The notes under the pieces were generated by a model. The model saw only the letters and a list, made by a program, of their open reading frames with translations, was not told the origin of the DNA and searched no databases. A program made the position numbers and the translations under genes. Of a DNA stretch of 64,000 nucleotides, positions 19,879-29,806 are shown in pieces (the stretch's first letter is position 1; the number at the start of each line of letters is the position of its first letter). The stretch lies in NCBI GenBank assembly GCA_963816145.1, contig CAWFJP010000011.1, positions 224,001-288,000 on the forward strand, in the 5' to 3' direction. This DNA is from an uncultured delta proteobacterium. GTDB taxonomy: Bacteria; Desulfobacterota; Binatia; UBA9968.

Positions 19879-20685
19879 ATGAACATTAACGAAGAAGATT
19901 TCGCTCAAGCGACTAGCGACACTGATCTGAGTTATTGCCGCGCGGCAATTTACAGCGTGCTGTCTCTGGGTTTTCAGCCGCCAACCGAGCAAATTTTATC
20001 TCGGCTCTTGACACCGGAAAGCCGAGCTTCGCTGGCGCATGCCGCGACGTTGCTTTATCCCGAGCAGAAAACCGATCTCGTCACCAGCATCGAGGCATTG
20101 GCCCAGGCCGGCGAAAACGATACCGCCGCGCTGGCTTCCCGTTATCGCTTCCTGTTTGGCCACACCGCCCGCGGCGAGATTACGCCGTATGAAACCGAAT
20201 ACGGCAACGAAGCACTGTTTCAGCAACCTCAAGAACTCGGCGACCTGATGGGCTTCTATCGCGCCTTCGGTCTGGACATGCGAGCCGGCACACATGAACG
20301 GCCCGACCACATTAGCTGCGAGTTCGAGTTCTTGATGTTCTTGGCGCTCAAAGAAGCCTATGCCCTGGAACACAACGACCGCGACATGCGCCAGGAAACC
20401 AGCAAGGCTGAAGTGCTATTCATGCGCGATCACCTCGGCCGTTTTCTGCCCGCATTCGTCGGCCTACTGCAGCGAGAAGATCGATCCGGTTTCTATGGGA
20501 ACCTCGGTGAACTCTGCCGCCGCTTTGTCAGCGCTGAGGCTGACCGGCTGCAAGTTCCGCTGGGTGCAGCAAACTTGGGGTTGCGGCCGGCGGACGACGG
20601 GAGCGTCCCTATGGCCTGCGGCAGCGGTGCGGAATGCGCCGCCATACCCGGCGCCGATACGCCGGAAGGAGCAGAATCGGCATGA
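19879..20685 (+). CDS. TorD/DmsD-family molybdoenzyme chaperone (NxrD-like)
   Basis: PYETEYG, FYRAFG, ERPDHISCEFEFL, FMRDHLGRF. Confidence 0.85.
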   Translation: MNINEEDFAQATSDTDLSYCRAAIYSVLSLGFQPPTEQILSRLLTPESRASLAHAATLLYPEQKTDLVTSIEALAQAGENDTAALASRYRFLFGHTARGEITPYETEYGNEALFQQPQELGDLMGFYRAFGLDMRAGTHERPDHISCEFEFLMFLALKEAYALEHNDRDMRQETSKAEVLFMRDHLGRFLPAFVGLLQREDRSGFYGNLGELCRRFVSAEADRLQVPLGAANLGLRPADDGSVPMACGSGAECAAIPGADTPEGAESA

Positions 20686-21650
20686 GCGAAGGGTTGAGCG
20701 TTAAATTCGATCCGAAGCTAGTTGAAGACACGGTGTTCTACTCTCAGGGCGCCAGCGATATTGCGCCGGAGCTCGCCAAGCAGCGCGACCGCATTTATGA
20801 CGTAGCCAAGCCCGAAGCGCGCGACGAACTATTTCGTGAACTCTATCGGACTTGGTTCAACCGTCTCGGTTTGGGAGAGCCGATCCACCGAGCTTTGCGC
20901 GAACAGGCGCTGGTCACGACTCGGGTAAATAACTGTTACGTCCTCTGCGCTACCCATGCGAAACAAGAAGGCGCCGAGCTCTTCGTCGCTACAGACCCGG
21001 CTTCGCGAGAGATCCAGCAGCGCAATTTGCGCATCTTGATCCGCCCCGCAACCTTGCTTCGAACCGAGGCGGTGATGGAGTTTCTCCGTCATGAACTATT
21101 TCATATCGCCGACATGCTCGACCCAGCGTTTGCCTACGAACCGACTTTGCCGAAGGCCGAGGGCGGGCCGACCTACGATACGCTGATCATCAACCGCTAT
21201 CGCGTGCTCTGGGATGTGACGATCGCCGGCCGCATGCTGCGGCGCGGCTGGTGTGCCGCCACCGTTCGCGATCAAGAGCTCAATAACTTCGTCCAAGCCT
21301 TTGCGATGCTGAACGGCCAGTACGAAGAACGTTTTCAGCGCTTTTTTGATGCAGCGGAGCCGCGCCATGCGGAACTCGCCGCGTTCGCCTTCGCTCCCCG
21401 AGCAGCCACGGACAATCTCTCGAACCAAGGGGTCGCTGGTACGCACTGTTCGTTGTGCCGATTTCCCACCCACGCTTTTGCATCCGAGCCCGCGCGCCTC
21501 GGCGCTGAAGTCTTAGCCGCGATCAATGAAGACTTCCCCGACTGGACCCCGGCAAAGGGACTCTGCGTCCAGTGCGCCGATCTCTACCGCGGCCGGCAAA
21601 TGTCGTTGGAGGCTTTGCGACTACTACCGGGATACATATCGTCGAGATAA
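20682..21650 (+). CDS. Hypothetical protein with HExxH and C-terminal CxxC...CxxC
   Basis: LRHELFHIADMLDPAF; HCSLCRFPT...CVQCADLY; translationally coupled (ATGA overlap). Confidence 0.7.
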   Translation: MSEGLSVKFDPKLVEDTVFYSQGASDIAPELAKQRDRIYDVAKPEARDELFRELYRTWFNRLGLGEPIHRALREQALVTTRVNNCYVLCATHAKQEGAELFVATDPASREIQQRNLRILIRPATLLRTEAVMEFLRHELFHIADMLDPAFAYEPTLPKAEGGPTYDTLIINRYRVLWDVTIAGRMLRRGWCAATVRDQELNNFVQAFAMLNGQYEERFQRFFDAAEPRHAELAAFAFAPRAATDNLSNQGVAGTHCSLCRFPTHAFASEPARLGAEVLAAINEDFPDWTPAKGLCVQCADLYRGRQMSLEALRLLPGYISSR

Positions 21651-21708
21651 ATTAATTTCACGCCAGGAGTCGCCATATCCGATCAAAAACCGAAGGGAAC
21701 AATCTACA

Positions 21709-22803
21709 ATGCGAAGTTTCGACGAACTGCTTAAAGAGACGTCGACCATCCACGGCCACCAGTGCGCCGGGCAAATCTTGGGCGTCCGCATGGCGATGCT
21801 GGGATGCCGCGAAGTTGGCATCGACGAGCCGCGCGGCTGCAAGAAGCTGATCGTTTACGCTGAGATCGACCGCTGCGCCACCGATGCCGTGCAGGCGGTC
21901 ACCGGCTGCTCGCTCGGCAAACGGACGTTAAAGTTTCTCGACTACGGCAAGATGGCGATAACCTTCCTCAACACCGAGACCGGGCAAGCGGTGCGAGTGT
22001 TGGCGAAAGACGACGCGCGCAAGCTGGTGCCGCTGTATGTCCAGGACAGCGCCAATCCGCGAGAAGCACAAAAACAAGCCTATCGAATCATGCCTGAAGA
22101 AGCGCTCTTCGCCGTTAAACCGGTAACTATGGAAGTATCCCCGCAAGAGATGCCCGGCTATCGCGGCAAACGGGTAGAGTGCACCCGGTGTGGCGAGGGA
22201 ATAAACTTCAATCGCGAAGTCGAGCTCGCCGGCCTTGTGCTCTGTATTCCCTGCTCACAGGAAGAATTGCGCTCGAACGGTCATGGCAGTGGAGCAAAAA
22301 CAGCCGACGCTAAAGTCCTATTGATCGTCGGCTATAAGAAAGTCGGCAAGACAACCTTGATTGAGAGACTGATCCCGGAGCTCTCTCGGCGTGGCTATCG
22401 AGTCGGCACGGTGAAGCATCATCACTCGGACTTTCCGGTGTCAGTCGATACCGTGGGTACGGACACCTGGAGACATCGCCAAGCCGGGGCCGCCGGTGTC
22501 GCCCTGGTGACACCAACCGATGTCACGCTGTTCCGTAACGGTGAGAGTTCGGTTCCCCTCGATGACATCGTCGCCGGGTTGGGCGCAACCGATATTGTCT
22601 TAGTCGAAGGATTTCACCAGGAACCACGCGCTAAAATCGAAGTGCGATCGGCTCACATCGATGCAGCGTTGTGCGGCAACGACAAAAACCTGCTCGCGGT
22701 CGTCGGGCCGAATGCGCAGCAAGGCTCGATACCGACCTTTGCGCCCGGAAGCATCCAGCCCATCGCCGATTTCATCGAGCGCGAGATTTTGGTGCGAGCC
22801 TAA
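21709..22803 (+). CDS. FmdE/FwdE-like domain + C4 zinc finger fused to MobB
   Basis: HGHQCAGQILGVRM, EIDRCATDAVQAVTGCSLGKR, CTRCGE...CIPC; then GYKKVGKTTLIE, VKHHH, DTWRH, DIVLVEGF. Confidence 0.82.
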   Translation: MRSFDELLKETSTIHGHQCAGQILGVRMAMLGCREVGIDEPRGCKKLIVYAEIDRCATDAVQAVTGCSLGKRTLKFLDYGKMAITFLNTETGQAVRVLAKDDARKLVPLYVQDSANPREAQKQAYRIMPEEALFAVKPVTMEVSPQEMPGYRGKRVECTRCGEGINFNREVELAGLVLCIPCSQEELRSNGHGSGAKTADAKVLLIVGYKKVGKTTLIERLIPELSRRGYRVGTVKHHHSDFPVSVDTVGTDTWRHRQAGAAGVALVTPTDVTLFRNGESSVPLDDIVAGLGATDIVLVEGFHQEPRAKIEVRSAHIDAALCGNDKNLLAVVGPNAQQGSIPTFAPGSIQPIADFIEREILVRA

Positions 22804-22833
22804 AGACCGCGCATCGAAGCGCGATCAAATCCT

Positions 22834-23403
22834 CTAAACCGCCTTGCGCTTGCCGGCGGTTCGCCCCTTGTCGCGTAGTTTTCGCCGCAGGAACTCGAGG
22901 ATACCGATGTGTTTGTGCGAGTCGTGAACCATCGTCGTGTAGAGCAATGCAAACACGTCACGATAGTGTCCTTGGCTCTCTTTTTTCAGCCGTTCGTATT
23001 CTTTGATCCCCTTGCGCTCAGCCTCAAGAAAGCGCTCAACGGATGCCAGCAGCTGGGCGCGCTTCTCCCCCTTTTCATAAACGCGCCGGGCCAGCCCTTC
23101 GGCGCGCGTCCACGCCAGCTCATCTTTGAGTTTCGTAATCATTCGGCGCGTCAGCTCGTGATGGCGCTGTTCGTCGGCGACGATCAGATCGAGGAGAAAG
23201 CGGATCAGTGGATCGCTCGACTCCTTGGCGATCACTTGATAATCCGTCAGCCACTGCTCCTCATGAGTCGCATGGGTTTGGAATTCGTTCATCAAACGCT
23301 GCACCGAGGAGAATTCCGGCGACTCAGGGACTCCCCACATCGCATCTTCCGCCCAGTAGTTGGCAATCGCTTTAATCGCTGACGACCGCGGGCTTCGTGC
23401 CAT
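22834..23403 (-). CDS. Ferritin-like (rubrerythrin-type) di-iron protein
   Basis: HEEQ...IVADEQRHHEL...EAERKG...HDSHKH four-helix pattern. Confidence 0.65.
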   Translation of the reverse strand: MARSPRSSAIKAIANYWAEDAMWGVPESPEFSSVQRLMNEFQTHATHEEQWLTDYQVIAKESSDPLIRFLLDLIVADEQRHHELTRRMITKLKDELAWTRAEGLARRVYEKGEKRAQLLASVERFLEAERKGIKEYERLKKESQGHYRDVFALLYTTMVHDSHKHIGILEFLRRKLRDKGRTAGKRKAV

Positions 23404-23448
23404 GGCGTTCTCCCTTCAACGGCTAATGCTGTGTTGACAATTGAAATC

Positions 23449-23464
23449 AGCAAGGCGTATGCCA
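23449..23464 (-). promoter_or_regulatory. Sigma54 promoter for the ferritin-like gene
   Basis: Minus strand TGGCATACGCCTTGCT (GG-N10-GC). Confidence 0.7.
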
Positions 23465-23580
23465 TGAGCTATTCGATGGAAGGGTCCGGCAATTTTCTGA
23501 TTATTGAGAATCAGTCGCCACGGCTTTCCGATTGTTGGGAAGGTTGCCAGTGAGATCTGCCGTTATCCCTTGGAAAATCC

Positions 23581-23596
23581 TGGCATTACGATTGCG
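23581..23596 (+). promoter_or_regulatory. Sigma54 promoter for the bcr operon
   Basis: TGGCATTACGATTGCG (GG-N10-GC), just upstream of bcrC. Confidence 0.7.
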
Positions 23597-23621
23597 TTGA
23601 TCCTATTGCCAGAACTATGAA

Positions 23622-24792
23622 ATGGGGTGGTCAATGACAACTGTCGAGAATATCGTTTCTCGGTATCGCGAGCCTTTGGAAAACTCTCCCCTCGATCTCG
23701 TCCAAGATTGGAAACGGACCCACCCTGAAACAAAGATCGTCGGCTGCTATCCGGTCTACACCCCGGTCGAACTCATCCATGCCGCCGGCATGCTGCCCGT
23801 GGGCGTCATCGGCGCGGGCAACCGGTTGGAGATCGCCCACGCGGATTCCCGTTTCCAATCTTTCGTCTGCTCCATTGTGAAAAGCACCTTGGAGCTGGGT
23901 CTCACCGACAGACTGAAATTTCTCGACGGCATGGTGTTCCATTCGATTTGCGATCCGGCGCGCAATCTCGGCAGCGTGTTCACCCGCAACTTCCCCGATC
24001 TCATGGTGGAGTATATTCACTTTCCGCAAAACATGACTTCGCCTCACACCGTTGAGTATTTGCTCGCTGAATACAAAAGGATCGCCGTCAGCTACGAGCA
24101 ACTGGCGCGCCGGAAAATCACCGACGAAGCGCTGCGAACGAGCATTGCGCTTTACAATAAGCAGCGGCGCTTGATGCGAGAACTCTACGCCATCCGCAAA
24201 GCGACGCCGCAGAATCTTTCCACCGTCGAGTGCTACGTCCTGACCCGCATCGGCACGCTACTGCCCGGCCGAGGAACATATCGCGATCCTCGAGACGGCG
24301 ATCCCGCAACTGCGCCAGCGCAACGAAAAACCCAAGGACCGGATTAGAGTGGTCCTGGAAGGCTCGTTCTGTGAACAGCCGCCCCTCGAACTGCTGGAAG
24401 GATTGGAGGCAGCGGGTTGCTACATTCTCGATGACGATTTCGTGATCGGCTGGCGCTGGTTTTCCGAGGATATCCCCACCGACGGCGACCCCATGCGCAA
24501 TCTCGCCAACGCTTACCTCAACCGCAGCGTTTATTCCGGCGTCAAACACGATACCCGCGAGCCCAAATCCAAACACCTGATCGACAAATTCAGGGATGCC
24601 CGCGCCGACGCGGTATTGATCCTCGCCGCCAAGTTCTGCGAGCCGGCGCTGTTCGACTACGCGCTCTATAAACGGGCGCTCGAGAAAGAAGGAATCCCGC
24701 ATCTCTGCCTCGAGTTCGAGGAAAAGATGTGGATCTTCGATAAAGCGCGCACCGAGGTCGAAACTTTTGTCGAATCGATGCTCTTCGATTAG
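23622..24792 (+). CDS. bcrC: Class I benzoyl-CoA reductase subunit C (BcrC/BadD); +1 frameshift ~24266
   Basis: PVYTPVELIHAAGMLP, QSFVCSIVKSTLELGL, SICD..RNL, GSFCEQPPL, KFCEPALFD. Removing one C restores LPAEEH. Confidence 0.85.
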
Positions 24793-24801
24793 GAGACAGT
24801 T

Positions 24802-26103
24802 ATGGCCGAAACAGCAGCAGCAGAAAAAACTCAGTATCAGGGTCAGATGCATCTTCTGCAGAAGGAAATGATGGGCCGCTACTTTGACCGCGTCACCCGT
24901 GCCGCGGAACAGGGCGAAGGCAAAGCCGTCTACATGCTGATCAGCGGCAATCCGGTGGAGCTCATCCAGGCCTTCGATCTGATTCCGGTCTATCCTGAAA
25001 TTGACGCCCTGCAGCTGGCGGCGAAGAAGAGCGCCCTGCCCTTCATCCTCAAGGCCGAAGAGTTGGGCTACTCGATGGACAACTGCGCCTATGTGAAAGC
25101 CGATGTCGGTCTGTTTCTCGGCGACCGCAAGACCCCGTTCGCAACCATCCCGCTGCCGTCGCTGATTCTCTGCAACTATGTCGGCTGCAATGTCTACTTG
25201 CAGTGGTTCGAGCACCTGGCCGAATACTGCGATGGGCAACTCTACAACCTCGACATCCCGTTCTTGCGCGACCCCTCCGGCGTGCCGAGCGCGGCGGACG
25301 TCACCTACGTCGTGCGCCAGCTCGAAGAAGTGATCGAAGTCTGCGAGCGATTGACCGGCAAGAAACTCGACTACGCACGGCTCAAACAAATCGTCGGCCG
25401 GTCGAGCGAAACCGGCCAAATGTGGGCGCGGATCAAAGCGCTGACCAAGAATCTGCCGTCACCCTTCGACGCCTATTTCGACTCGGTGACCATGATGGCG
25501 CCGCTCTATTGTCTGCGCGGAACCGAAGAAGGCGTGCGCTTCTTCGAGACCGCCCTCAAGGAGATGGAAGAGAAAGTGCGCCTGGGCCAGGGGCCGTTAC
25601 CCCAGGAGCGCTTCCGCTTCGTCATCGAAGGGCCGCCGCCTTGGGGCCATCTGCGAACCTTTAGAGATATGTTTTCCAAATGGGGCGCGGTGGCGGTGGC
25701 GTCGACTTACTCCACCGTCGGCGGCCTGTGGGAATTCGGTTTTCACCACGACTCCAATCACCCCTTGGAATCCATCGCTCAGCATATGCTCCAATGGAAC
25801 GTGACCAACCGCAACTTCCTGCAACGCTACCAACAGATTCGCCGCTACGTCGAAGAGTGGCATGCCGACGCGCTGGTGATTCACTCGGTGAAGAGCTGCC
25901 GGCTTTTCTCCGCCGGCCAGGGCGACATGCGGGAATATTTCACCAAAGAGCTGAACGTTCCCACCCTTTTGATCGAATCGGATCTTGAAGATCCGCGATA
26001 TTTTTCCGAAGCCCAGCTCAAAAACCGGGTCGACGCATTTTTCGAATCGTTGGAACACAAGAAAATGGTCCGTGCCGGCGCGGAAGCGGGAGGCGCAACA
26101 TGA
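24802..26103 (+). CDS. bcrB: Class I benzoyl-CoA reductase subunit B (BcrB/BadE)
   Basis: [56 protein letters not shown]. Confidence 0.88.
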   Translation: MAETAAAEKTQYQGQMHLLQKEMMGRYFDRVTRAAEQGEGKAVYMLISGNPVELIQAFDLIPVYPEIDALQLAAKKSALPFILKAEELGYSMDNCAYVKADVGLFLGDRKTPFATIPLPSLILCNYVGCNVYLQWFEHLAEYCDGQLYNLDIPFLRDPSGVPSAADVTYVVRQLEEVIEVCERLTGKKLDYARLKQIVGRSSETGQMWARIKALTKNLPSPFDAYFDSVTMMAPLYCLRGTEEGVRFFETALKEMEEKVRLGQGPLPQERFRFVIEGPPPWGHLRTFRDMFSKWGAVAVASTYSTVGGLWEFGFHHDSNHPLESIAQHMLQWNVTNRNFLQRYQQIRRYVEEWHADALVIHSVKSCRLFSAGQGDMREYFTKELNVPTLLIESDLEDPRYFSEAQLKNRVDAFFESLEHKKMVRAGAEAGGAT

Positions 26104-26933
26104 TTTACGCCGCTGGCATCGACGTTGGTTCGACTCAGACCAAAGGGATTATCCTCAACGACAAGTTCGAGATTGTCGCCCGGGCTTTGACCGACACCGG
26201 CGCTTACGTGACCCGGGCCGCTGAACGGTGCTTCGTCGAAGCGCTGCAGGCATCCGGCGTCAAGCGCGAAGATGTCGCCTATGTCGTCGGCACCGGTTAT
26301 GGCCGCTACAAGGTGACCTTCGGCGACGCGCAGATTACCGAAATCAGCTGCCATGCGCGCGGCGCCAGCTACCTCTTTCCCAAAACCCGCACCGTGATCG
26401 ACATGGGCGGCCAGGACGCCAAGGGCATCAAGATCGGCGTCGACGGCGATGTCAAAGACTTCGTCATGAACGATAAATGCGCCGCCGGCACGGGAAGATT
26501 TCTCGGCAGCGCCGCCGACGCTCTGGCGATTCGCCTGGACGATATCGGCGACATATCCCTCAAGGCCAAAAACCCGGTGCGCCTCACCACCGTGTGCACG
26601 GTGTTCGTCGAGTCGGACATCATGTCTTACCTCGCCCAGGGCAAGAAGACCGAAGACATCCTCGGCGGCGTGCACAGCGCCATCGCCGCTCGGACCATCT
26701 CCTTGATTCGCCGCGTCGGCATCGAGCCGGAGGTGACTTTTACCGGCGGGGTGTCAAAAAACATCGGCATGGTGCGCGCCCTCGAAGAAAAACTCGGCAT
26801 GAAACTCAACGTCAGTCCGGATTCCCATTTCGTCGGCGCCCTGGGCGCGGCCATCTTCGCCCTGGAGCGGGCAACGAAGTCGATGGGCGAAATGCAAAGA
26901 GCAACAGGAGGCGAGGCGGGCCCTAGTGCCTAA
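26100..26933 (+). CDS. Benzoyl-CoA reductase ATPase (ASKHA) subunit, short BcrA/BzdQ-like
   Basis: [47 protein letters not shown]. Confidence 0.88.
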   Translation: MIYAAGIDVGSTQTKGIILNDKFEIVARALTDTGAYVTRAAERCFVEALQASGVKREDVAYVVGTGYGRYKVTFGDAQITEISCHARGASYLFPKTRTVIDMGGQDAKGIKIGVDGDVKDFVMNDKCAAGTGRFLGSAADALAIRLDDIGDISLKAKNPVRLTTVCTVFVESDIMSYLAQGKKTEDILGGVHSAIAARTISLIRRVGIEPEVTFTGGVSKNIGMVRALEEKLGMKLNVSPDSHFVGALGAAIFALERATKSMGEMQRATGGEAGPSA

Positions 26934-26961
26934 TGCCTATTGCCTAATTTAAGGAGGCATC

Positions 26962-27789
26962 ATGACATTTGTCGCGGGCATCGACATGGGCGCCAAATCG
27001 ACCAAGGCGGTGGTCTTGGATGGGGAGAAACAAATTTGTGGCAAGGCCGCGATCAAAACCCGTCCGGATTTCGCCGCGGTTGCCAAGGAGGTGCTCGACT
27101 TGGCGCTGCAGCAGGCTGGGCTCAAAGAGAATGACCTGAACTACATCGCCACCACCGGCTTCGGCCGCTACAATGTGCCGTTCCGCGACGTTCAGATCAC
27201 CGACATCACCTGCGTCGGCCGCGGCGCGGTTTTTCTCTTTCCCAAGACCCGCTGCGTGCTCGACATCGGCGCCCAGAGCACGCGGGCGCTGCGGGTCAGC
27301 GACACCGGCAAGGTGCGCGAGTTCCGCACCAACGATAAGTGCGCCGCCGGCGCCGGCGGCTTCATCGAGCGCGCTTGCAAATATCTCGAGGTCAAGATCG
27401 ATCAGGTCGGCGATCTCTCCATCCAGGCCACCAAGCCGCAAACCATCAGCAGCGTGTGCGCCGTGTTGGCCGAATCGGAGATCATCAATCATGTCTCCAA
27501 CGGCGAGACCATCGAAAACATTCTGCGCGGCGTGCACAACTCGCTCGCTTCGCGGGCGCTCGCCTTGCTCAAGCGCTCGGGCATGGAAGACGAAGTCACC
27601 TTCGTCGGCGGCGTGGCCCGGCAAAAAGGCATGGTCAAAGCCCTTGAGGAAACGCTCAAGCGCAAGGTCAACGTCAGCGACGAGCCCGAGTTGGTCGGCG
27701 CGCTGGGCGCGGCCCTGCTGGCGCTGCGCCGGCTGGAAAAACTCCGCACCGAGAAAGCAAATCCTGTCGAAGAAGCGAGGGTGGCATAA
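26962..27789 (+). CDS. Benzoyl-CoA reductase ATPase subunit, BcrD/BzdP-like
   Basis: GIDMGAKSTK, TTGFGR, LDIGAQ, NDKCAAGAG, SSVCAVLAESEIIN. Confidence 0.85.
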   Translation: MTFVAGIDMGAKSTKAVVLDGEKQICGKAAIKTRPDFAAVAKEVLDLALQQAGLKENDLNYIATTGFGRYNVPFRDVQITDITCVGRGAVFLFPKTRCVLDIGAQSTRALRVSDTGKVREFRTNDKCAAGAGGFIERACKYLEVKIDQVGDLSIQATKPQTISSVCAVLAESEIINHVSNGETIENILRGVHNSLASRALALLKRSGMEDEVTFVGGVARQKGMVKALEETLKRKVNVSDEPELVGALGAALLALRRLEKLRTEKANPVEEARVA

Positions 27790-28551
27790 TGGATCTTCAA
27801 AACAAGTCCGCATTGGTGGCCGGCGGCGGCGGCGGTATCGGCCGGGCGGTGGCGTTGGCGTTGGGGCGCGCCGGGGCGAAGGTAGCCGTCGCCGACATCG
27901 CCAAGGACAACGCCGAGAAAGTCAAATGCGGAAGTCCAAGGCCTCGGCGTGGGCGCCATGGCCTGCCCGGTGGATCTGACTCGCAAGGCCGACGTCGACC
28001 GCATGGTCGGCGAAATCATCGAGCGCTTCGGTCAGATCGATATCCTGGTCAACTGCCAGGGCTGGGATCGGCTCGAGCCCTTTGTCGAAAGCGACGAAGC
28101 GACTTGGGAAAAACTCTTGGCGATCAATTTCAAATCGGTGCTGTACACGGCCCGCGCGGTCTTGCCGAACATGATCTCCCATAACTTCGGCAAGGTCGTC
28201 AACATCAGCTCCGACGCCGGCCGGGTGGGATCGAGTTGGGAAGCGGTCTACGCCGGCGCCAAGGGCGCGGTCATCGCATTTTCGAAAACCATCGCCCGCG
28301 AGGTCGCGCGCTACCACATCAACGTCAATGTCGTCTGCCCAGGGTTGACGGAAACGCCGCTACTGCAAGCCGTGCGCAGTCAATCGGAACAGACCGCGAG
28401 AATCATCGATGCGGTGACCAAGGCGACCCCCTTCCGCCGTCCGGCGCAACCGGAAGAGATCGCCAACGCCGTTCTGTTTCTTACCTCGCCAGAGGCTGGT
28501 TTTATCACCGGCCAAACGCTGAGCGTGAGCGGCGGACTGACGATGGTGTGA
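27789..28551 (+). CDS. badH: BadH-like SDR (2-hydroxycyclohexanecarboxyl-CoA dehydrogenase family); +1 frameshift ~27927
   Basis: GGGGGIG, GWD..EPF, SDAGRVGSS.EAVYAGAKG, VVCPGLTET, GQTLSVSGGLTM. Confidence 0.72.
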
Positions 28552-28561
28552 AGGGAAGTTA

Positions 28562-28612
28562 CCAGAACTCAGAAGTCAGCATTCAGAATATTCTGGCTCC
28601 TGACTTCTGAAT
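28562..28612. repeat. 7-mer-based palindromic intergenic element
   Basis: CAGAACTCAGAAGTCAG...CTGACTTCTGAATTC. Confidence 0.6.
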
Positions 28613-28637
28613 TCCCAATGACAAGGAGACGAATTCC

Positions 28638-29492
28638 ATGCGTAACGGAATCAACGCCATCGACATCATGTACTACGTCGCCACGCCGGAGTTTATTCAG
28701 CGCTGGAACGATGCGAAAAAAGGCGAGCTGATTTGCCGCATGGAAAAAGCCATCGGCGGCCTGCCGCAGTTCGACAGCTTCGACGCCATGCTCGCCAAAA
28801 TGGACGAAGCCGGCGTGGCAAAAGTTTTTATCACCCAGACCAAGATGTGGTCGTACCGCAACAAGTGGATGTACATGGACACCCAACTCGAAGAAGTCGC
28901 CCAGTACACCCGGCGTTATCCCGACCGCTTCGTCGGGCTCGCCGGCTACAACCCCTTTCGCATCAAAGAGTCTCTCGCCGAAATCGACTGCGCGGTCAAA
29001 GAGCATGGCTTCAAGGGCGTCTACGTGCACATCTACGGTTTCGATATCCCGCTGCACGACGCGAAAATGTATCCGCTCTACGCCAAGTGCGACGAACTCA
29101 AGATTCCCGTCTCGCTGCAAGTCGGCCATGTGTTGGAAGCGATGCCGAGCGAACATGCCCGGCCGATCTACTTGGACCGCATCGCCAGCGATTTTCCCGA
29201 ATTGAAAATCGTCGGCGCCCACACTGGCTGGCCCTGGGTCGAGGAGCTGATCTCGGTTTGCTACAAGTGGGACAATGTCTATTTCGGCGTCGACGCCTGG
29301 ATGCCCAAATACCTGAAGCCCGAGATCATTCACTACATCAACAGCCGTATGGGCCAGGACCGCTGCCTGTGGGGCACCAACGGTCTGCCCTGGAAAGAGA
29401 GTCTGGACCAATGGGACGAGATGGGGCTGAAGGAAGCGACCAAGAAAAAACTGCTGCACGATAACGCGGCTGAGCTGTTTGGATTGAGCTAA
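28638..29492 (+). CDS. Amidohydrolase_2 family protein
   Basis: YPDRFVG, YPLYAKC.EL.IPV, DFPELKIVGAHTGWPW, WGTNG. Confidence 0.85.
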   Translation: MRNGINAIDIMYYVATPEFIQRWNDAKKGELICRMEKAIGGLPQFDSFDAMLAKMDEAGVAKVFITQTKMWSYRNKWMYMDTQLEEVAQYTRRYPDRFVGLAGYNPFRIKESLAEIDCAVKEHGFKGVYVHIYGFDIPLHDAKMYPLYAKCDELKIPVSLQVGHVLEAMPSEHARPIYLDRIASDFPELKIVGAHTGWPWVEELISVCYKWDNVYFGVDAWMPKYLKPEIIHYINSRMGQDRCLWGTNGLPWKESLDQWDEMGLKEATKKKLLHDNAAELFGLS

Positions 29493-29512
29493 CCCGCAGG
29501 GAGGAGAACGCC

Positions 29513-29761
29513 ATGATGTGCCGATTCCTAAACGCCGATTTCGAACTCTCGCTCCAATGTCCGGTCGACAAGCGTAATCATAGCGTCCGGTTCCAAGCTT
29601 ATCCCCAGTTGCGCGACCATGCGTTGGACGTGGTTGCCTGCGATGCCGCGCCCGAGGTCGAAAAGCTGACCTGTGGCAAAAATTGCCGGGCACTGATTGA
29701 GAGCGGCCTCTACTGGCAAAGGATTTATCCCGAGTCGGCGATTTACACGCAAGACCAATGA
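29513..29761 (+). CDS. Small Cys-rich hypothetical protein
   Basis: GGAGGAG RBS; five Cys (CRF, CPVD, VACD, TCGKNC); lies within the operon. Confidence 0.6.
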   Translation: MMCRFLNADFELSLQCPVDKRNHSVRFQAYPQLRDHALDVVACDAAPEVEKLTCGKNCRALIESGLYWQRIYPESAIYTQDQ

Positions 29762-29806
29762 AGAGTTTTCTATTGGCTGAGCGAACCGGAAGCTGGCGCA
29801 ACTGGA

